A stretch of DNA of 64,000 nt from an uncultured Actinomycetes bacterium (lineage in GTDB: Bacteria > Actinomycetota > UBA4738 > JBBDTT01): the NCBI GenBank assembly GCA_963742735.1, contig CAVUMN010000003.1, positions 576,001-640,000 on the forward strand, given 5' to 3'. The position numbers and the translations under genes were made by a program. Of this stretch, positions 58,961-64,000 are shown in pieces; the stretch's first letter is position 1, and each line of letters opens with the position of its first letter. Below the pieces are notes generated by a model, which worked only from the letters and a program-made list of their open reading frames with translations, was not told where the DNA came from and searched no databases.

Positions 58961-60601
58961 GTGTTCCTGGGCGGCCTCGGCGAGATCGGGCGGAACATGG
59001 CCGCCCTCGAGCTGGGCGGCAAGATCCTGCTCATCGACGCCGGCCTGTCGTTCCCCGAGGAGGACATGCCCGGGGTGGACCTGGTCCTGCCGGACTTCGA
59101 TTACCTGCGGGAGCGGGCGGACGCGGTGGGAACCGTCGTGCTCACCCACGGCCACGAGGACCACATCGGCGCGCTGCCGTACCTGCTCCGTGAGTTCGAG
59201 CTCGACGTGTACGGAACCAAGCTGACCCTCGGCTTGCTCAAGCGGAAGTTCGAGGAGCACGGTGTCTCCGAGCGGGCGACGCTGCACGAGGTCGAGCCGG
59301 GCGACGGCGAGGTCACGACGGGGCCGTTCACCTTCCGGTTCCGGCGCGTCTCGCACTCGATCCCCGACGGGGTCGCGGTGGCCATCGACACGCCGGCCGG
59401 CACGATCCTGCACTCGGGCGACTTCAAGCTCGACCAGACCCCGCTCGACGGCCGGACCACCGACCTGCACGGCCTGGCCGAGGAGGCCCGCCGCGGCGTG
59501 CACCTGTTCCTGTCGGACTCGACGAACGCGGAGGACCCGGGGAGCGTCCCCAGCGAGCGGACGGTCGGGCCCGTCCTGCGGGAGATCTTCCGGGACGTGA
59601 GCGGCCGCATCGTGACGGCCTGCTTCGCGAGCCACGTGCACAGGGTCCAGCAGATCTGCGACGCCGCGCGGGCGGTGGGTCGCAAGGTCGCTTTCCTCGG
59701 CCGCTCGATGAACCAGAACATGGCCGCGGCGAGCGAGCTGGGCTACCTCCACCTGCCGCCCGAGGACCTGGTCCCCATCGAGTCGGTGTCGTCGATGGCC
59801 CCGAGCTCCGTGGTGGTCGTGTCCACCGGGTCGCAGGGCGAGCCCATGTCGGCGCTGTCGCTCATGGCCGCCCGCGAGAACAAGTGGGTGAAGCTCGGGC
59901 CCGGCGACGCGGTGGTCCTGGCCTCGTCGAAGATCCCCGGCAACGAGACCGCGATCAACCGCACGATCGACGGCCTGTACCGGACCGGCGCCGACGTGTT
60001 CCACGTCCCGTTCTACTCGGTCCACGTCTCCGGCCACGGCGCGTCCGAGGACCTCAAGTCGATGCTCAACCTGGTCCGGCCCCGCTGGTTCATCCCGGTC
60101 CACGGCGAGATCCGCCACCTGCTGCATCACGCCCGCCTGGCCGAGGCGGTCGGGATCCCGCGGGAGCACGTGCTGATCTGCGAGGACGGCGACGTGGTCG
60201 ACATCGGGCCCGACTCGGTGGCGATCACCGGCGAGGTCCAGGCCGGGGTCACCTACGTGGACGGCCTGGGGATCGGCGACGTCGGCGAGGCGGTCCTGCG
60301 CGACCGGCGCAAGCTGGCCGGCGACGGCTTCGCGATCGTGGTCCTGTCGGTCGACCGGCACACCGGCGCGATCCTCTCCGGCCCCGAGATCGTCACCCGA
60401 GGGTTCGTCTACGACGAGGAGGCCGGCGAGATCCTCGAGGAGGGCCGCCACCGCGTGGAGCTCTCCCTGAAGGAGACCGCCGCCGACAACGTCACCGACC
60501 CGACGGTGCTGAAGGATCGGGTCCGCCGGACCCTCGGCAAGTACTTCTTCGAGGTCACGAAGCGAAAGCCCGTGATCGTCCCCGTGATCATGGAGGTCTG
60601 A
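58961..60601 (+). CDS. rnj: Ribonuclease J (true start probably slightly upstream)
   Basis: LGGLGEIGRN, THGHEDHIG, HSIPD, GDFK, DSTN, TGSQGEP, HVSGH and PVHGE. Confidence 0.97.
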   Translation: MFLGGLGEIGRNMAALELGGKILLIDAGLSFPEEDMPGVDLVLPDFDYLRERADAVGTVVLTHGHEDHIGALPYLLREFELDVYGTKLTLGLLKRKFEEHGVSERATLHEVEPGDGEVTTGPFTFRFRRVSHSIPDGVAVAIDTPAGTILHSGDFKLDQTPLDGRTTDLHGLAEEARRGVHLFLSDSTNAEDPGSVPSERTVGPVLREIFRDVSGRIVTACFASHVHRVQQICDAARAVGRKVAFLGRSMNQNMAAASELGYLHLPPEDLVPIESVSSMAPSSVVVVSTGSQGEPMSALSLMAARENKWVKLGPGDAVVLASSKIPGNETAINRTIDGLYRTGADVFHVPFYSVHVSGHGASEDLKSMLNLVRPRWFIPVHGEIRHLLHHARLAEAVGIPREHVLICEDGDVVDIGPDSVAITGEVQAGVTYVDGLGIGDVGEAVLRDRRKLAGDGFAIVVLSVDRHTGAILSGPEIVTRGFVYDEEAGEILEEGRHRVELSLKETAADNVTDPTVLKDRVRRTLGKYFFEVTKRKPVIVPVIMEV

Positions 60602-60620
60602 CCGAGGAGGTCGAGCACTG

Positions 60621-62849
60621 ATGGCCACGAAGACGAAGTCCCGATCCAGATCCCGGTCGAAGCCCAAGGGCCGCCGGCGGCCGTCACGCCAGACCGGCGC
60701 CCGAACCCGGGCCGCCGGGCGGCGGATGGCGAACCACCTGGCCCCCCAGATCGCCGACATGATCGGGATCGGCCTGGTCGTCCTGGCGCTGTTGTCGATG
60801 CTGTCGATCTGGCTCGACGCGGCCGGACCGGTCGGCCGGTTCCTGACCATCCTGGTGACCGGCCTGTGGGGCGTGGCCGGCTACGCGTTCCCGGTCGTCG
60901 CCATGTACTGGGGTGTGCTCCTGATCCGCGGCACGGCCGTGGAGGAGCGGGGACGGCGCTTCGTCGGGCTGTGGATCACCGGCGCGGGCGCGCTCGGTCT
61001 GGTCTCGCTGTTCTCGGGCAACCCCAGCCCGGCGTCGGGCCACGCGGGGTTCGGTGACTCCGGCGGCCTGCTCGGCGCGCTGACCGCGTGGCCGCTGTCC
61101 CGGTTGGTGTCGGCCTACGGCGCCGCCGTCGTGACGGCCGGGCTGCTCGTCCTCGGCGTGCTCGTGTTCACCGGCACGCCCCTCGCGGCCGTCGGGCAAC
61201 GGATCAAGGGGTTCCTCTTCGTCGAGCGGGAGGACGAGGAGCCGGCGCCGACGCCGAAGCGCGATCGCCGCGTGAAGATCGCCGAGCACGACGAGCCCGC
61301 GACGATGACCCCGGCCATGCCGGAGCCTCCGCCGGTGACCGCCGGCGAGCCGAGGCAGATGAAGCTGGTCCTGCCGAAGGGCGACGGCTACAAGCTGCCG
61401 CCCGCCGAGCTGCTGCGGCGCGCGCCGGCCACCACGGCGTCCGGCCGCGACGAGGAGGACACGATGAAGGTGCTCGAGGGCACCTTCGAGAACTTCGGCG
61501 TTCCCGCGCGCGTGGTCGCGGCCCACCGTGGGCCCACCGTCACCCTGTACGAGGTCGAGGTCACCGCCGGGACGAAGGTCAACAAGGTCCTGTCGCTCTC
61601 GGACGACATCGCCTACGCACTCGCCACGCCCGACGTTCGGATCATCGCCCCGATCCCCGGCAAGTCCGCCATCGGCGTCGAGGTCCCGAACAAGGTCCGC
61701 GACTTCGTGATGCTCGGCGACGTCCTGACGTCGAAGACCGCGGCCGAGAACAAGCACCCGCTCGCGGCGTCGCTGGGCAAGGACGTCCACGGCCGCGCGG
61801 TCATGGTGAACCTCTCGGAGATGCCCCACGTGCTGGTGGCCGGCTCCACGGGGGCCGGCAAGTCCAGCCTGATCAACGCGTTCGTCACGAGCATCCTGAT
61901 GCGGGCCACGCCCGACGAGGTGAAGCTGGTGCTGGTCGACCCGAAGCGCGTGGAGCTGTCGCACTTTGCCGACCTGCCGCACCTGATCTCGCCGGTGATC
62001 GTGCATCCGAAGCGGGCGGCGGAGGCCCTCGGTTGGGTGGTCCGGGAGATGGAGCTGCGTTACGAGTCGCTGGCGACCGTCGGGATGCGCGACATCGCCT
62101 CGTACAACGCCGCGCTCGCCGGAGGGACGCTTCGGATCCCGCCGGGGATGGACTCGGACTTCCGCCACCTGCCGTATATCGTCGTGGTGATCGACGAGCT
62201 GTCGGACCTGATGATGGTCGCGCCGCGCGACGTCGAGGACGCGATCTGCCGTATCGCGCAGATGGCCCGGGCGGTGGGCATCCACCTGGTGGTGGCCACG
62301 CAGCGGCCCTCGGTCGACGTCGTCACCGGCCTGATCAAGGCGAACATCCCAAGCCGGATCGCGTTCATGACGGCGTCGCAGGCCGACAGCCGGGTGATCC
62401 TGGACGTGGGCGGCGCGGAGAAGCTCGTCGGCCGCGGCGACATGCTCTTCCTGCCGGCGAACGCCTCGAAGGCCCACCGCATCCAGGGGGCGTGGGTGAC
62501 CGAGGCCGAGATCGAGGCCGTCGCCGAGTGGTGCCGCAAGCAGCGGGCGCCGGTCTACGTCCAGGGTGCCGAGGGCCTCGGCAAGCCGCCCGTCGAGGGC
62601 GAGGACGTCTCCGGCGTCGGCGACGACGACGACCTGGTCGAGCAGGCCGCCGATCTGGTGATCCGCTCGCAGCTCGGGTCGACCTCGATGCTCCAGCGCA
62701 AGCTGAAGGTCGGGTTCGCCCGCGCGGGGCGGATCATGGACCTGCTCGAGGAGCGCTCGATCGTCGGTCCGAGCACGGGGTCGAAGGCTCGCGACGTGCT
62801 GTTGACCTACGAGGAGTGGATGGAGTCCCGGGGCGCCGCCGCGGGTTGA
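60621..62849 (+). CDS. ftsK: DNA translocase FtsK
   Basis: 4TM N-terminal domain, AGSTGAGKS, DPKRVEL, IDELSDLM, ATQRPS and gamma domain (STSMLQRKLKVGFARAGR). Confidence 0.97.
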   Translation: MATKTKSRSRSRSKPKGRRRPSRQTGARTRAAGRRMANHLAPQIADMIGIGLVVLALLSMLSIWLDAAGPVGRFLTILVTGLWGVAGYAFPVVAMYWGVLLIRGTAVEERGRRFVGLWITGAGALGLVSLFSGNPSPASGHAGFGDSGGLLGALTAWPLSRLVSAYGAAVVTAGLLVLGVLVFTGTPLAAVGQRIKGFLFVEREDEEPAPTPKRDRRVKIAEHDEPATMTPAMPEPPPVTAGEPRQMKLVLPKGDGYKLPPAELLRRAPATTASGRDEEDTMKVLEGTFENFGVPARVVAAHRGPTVTLYEVEVTAGTKVNKVLSLSDDIAYALATPDVRIIAPIPGKSAIGVEVPNKVRDFVMLGDVLTSKTAAENKHPLAASLGKDVHGRAVMVNLSEMPHVLVAGSTGAGKSSLINAFVTSILMRATPDEVKLVLVDPKRVELSHFADLPHLISPVIVHPKRAAEALGWVVREMELRYESLATVGMRDIASYNAALAGGTLRIPPGMDSDFRHLPYIVVVIDELSDLMMVAPRDVEDAICRIAQMARAVGIHLVVATQRPSVDVVTGLIKANIPSRIAFMTASQADSRVILDVGGAEKLVGRGDMLFLPANASKAHRIQGAWVTEAEIEAVAEWCRKQRAPVYVQGAEGLGKPPVEGEDVSGVGDDDDLVEQAADLVIRSQLGSTSMLQRKLKVGFARAGRIMDLLEERSIVGPSTGSKARDVLLTYEEWMESRGAAAG

Positions 62850-62852
62850 GGC

Positions 62853-63350
62853 CTACGAGCCCGCCTCGCCCAGGCGGGCTCGGGCGGCGGCGATCACGGC
62901 GAGGGCCTCGTCGCGACCGCCGAAGCCCTCGGCCGTGACGACCTTGCCCTCGAGGTCCCCGTAGAACCGGAAGAAGTGGTCGACCTCGTTCAGCATCTCC
63001 GGCCGCATGTCGGCCAGGTCTGCCACGTGTGACCAGTTGGGGTCGCGCAGCGGGACGCACAGGATCTTCTCGTCGGCGCCCTTCTCGTCGGCCATCCGGT
63101 ACAGCCCGATGGGCCGCGCGTGGATCCGGCATCCCGGAAACGTGGGCTCGGCCACGAACACCAGGGCGTCCAGGGTGTCGCCGTCGCCGCCGAGCGTCCC
63201 GTCGATGAAGCCGTAGTCGGCCGGATAGACCATCGACGTGAACAGCATCCGGTCCAGCACGATGGCGCCGACGGACGGGTCGTACTCGTACTTGTTGCGG
63301 GAGCCGCGCGGGATCTCGACGATCACGAGGACCGTGTCGGTCTCGCCCAC
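62853..63350 (-). CDS. ppa: Family I inorganic pyrophosphatase
   Basis: EIPRGSRNKYE, YPADYGF, DGDTLD and DEKGADEK. Confidence 0.95.
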   Translation of the reverse strand: MGETDTVLVIVEIPRGSRNKYEYDPSVGAIVLDRMLFTSMVYPADYGFIDGTLGGDGDTLDALVFVAEPTFPGCRIHARPIGLYRMADEKGADEKILCVPLRDPNWSHVADLADMRPEMLNEVDHFFRFYGDLEGKVVTAEGFGGRDEALAVIAAARARLGEAGS

Positions 63351-63354
63351 GGGG

Positions 63355-63813
63355 CTACTCGTCGTCCAGGTGTCCCCAGCCGCCGATGAAGTTGGCGGTG
63401 GGGGTGGCTCCCATGAGCTGCTCGGTCCGCCGGCACACGATCTCGAGGATCCGCAGGGCGATCGTCGGCTCGGCCTCCAGGAGGGCCCAGAACCCCTCCC
63501 GCTCGATCGTCAGGCAGCGGGTCGCCGCCGAGCACCGGACGGTGGCCGTGTAGCGGCCTCCGCCGAGCAGCGCGATCTCGCCGACGAAGTCGCCCGCGTG
63601 GACCGTGGCGATCGCCACGCCGCCCCGGAGCACGACCCCGTTGCCCTCCAGCAGCAGGTGGAACCGGTGGCCGACCACGCCCTCCTGGGTCAGCTCCGCG
63701 CCCTCGGGGTGCTGGGTTTCCTCGGCCGCCTCCACGAGCTTGGCGCGCCCTTCCGGCGAGACCGTGGAGAAGACCGTGACTTTCTTGAGGACGTCGGGAT
63801 CGATGGCGGCCAC
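63355..63813 (-). CDS. Stand-alone cyclic-nucleotide-binding domain protein
   Basis: LKKVTVFS, LTQEG, LLEG and GDFVGEIALL..RYTATV; GTG 63813 follows a TAGGGT -10. Confidence 0.85.
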   Translation of the reverse strand: MAAIDPDVLKKVTVFSTVSPEGRAKLVEAAEETQHPEGAELTQEGVVGHRFHLLLEGNGVVLRGGVAIATVHAGDFVGEIALLGGGRYTATVRCSAATRCLTIEREGFWALLEAEPTIALRILEIVCRRTEQLMGATPTANFIGGWGHLDDE

Positions 63814-63879
63814 GGGGCCGAACCCTACACGAAGGCGTCCGGGGGGAGTCCCTACGGTGGGTGCATACAATCCGGCATC

Positions 63880-64000
63880 GTGAATGCGACCGGAACGGGC
63901 ATCGGCCGGGCGCTCAAGGTGGCCCGGGAGGGCCGGGGCAAGACGGTCGAGGAGGCCAGCCGGGAGACGCGCATCCGCGTGGAATACCTCCAGGCCCTCG
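63880..64000 (+). CDS. RodZ-like XRE helix-turn-helix protein (3' truncated by window edge)
   Basis: IGRALKVAREGRGKTVEEASRETRIRVEYLQAL; TACAAT -10 at 63866-63871; usual gene downstream of ftsK. Confidence 0.82.
   Translation, partial: MNATGTGIGRALKVAREGRGKTVEEASRETRIRVEYLQAL

Noticed and set aside
60621-62849. dif site or conjugative role associated with FtsK/XerC
   Set aside because: No 28-bp dif-like sequence was recognised. FtsK has the 4TM plus gamma-domain housekeeping architecture in its usual rnj-ftsK-rodZ context.

Overview
This is a very GC-rich chromosomal segment of an actinobacterium. DUF2469, WhiG, DUF222-HNH and an actinobacterial SOS box point to the phylum, and the short EF-Ts and Firmicutes-like ylxR/DUF503 order suggest a deep-branching class (inference). 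Most of the window is the conserved core block: ftsY-ffh-rpsP-khpA-rimM-trmD-rplS-lepB-rnhB-yraN-comM-dprA-xerC-whiG, rpsB-tsf-pyrH-frr-cdsA-dxr-rseP-ispG, proS, rimP-nusA-ylxR-infB-rbfA-nrnA-truB-ribF-rpsO-pnp, dapB, dapA-rnj-ftsK and the start of a rodZ-like gene. No rRNA, tRNA, CRISPR array, IS or prophage was found. Four non-routine signals stand out. (1) A TGTC(A/G)GTG-N8-TANNNT promoter motif (RecA-NDp/PafBC type) precedes yraN, comM(-dprA) and a DUF222-HNH gene, with a variant before an M23 peptidase; the HNH gene also has a perfect LexA box over its start codon. (2) Two paralogous ~1000-1150 aa secreted Asp-box beta-propeller proteins are inserted in the truB-ribF-rpsO block, pointing away from each other and sharing a CAGGA-N15-GTCG(A/T)A upstream motif. 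(3) Leaderless-type promoters are widespread, and two genes may use non-canonical starts. (4) Several core proteins carry long acidic Pro/Ala/Glu extensions. All calls come from reading the sequence and translations; no database search was run.
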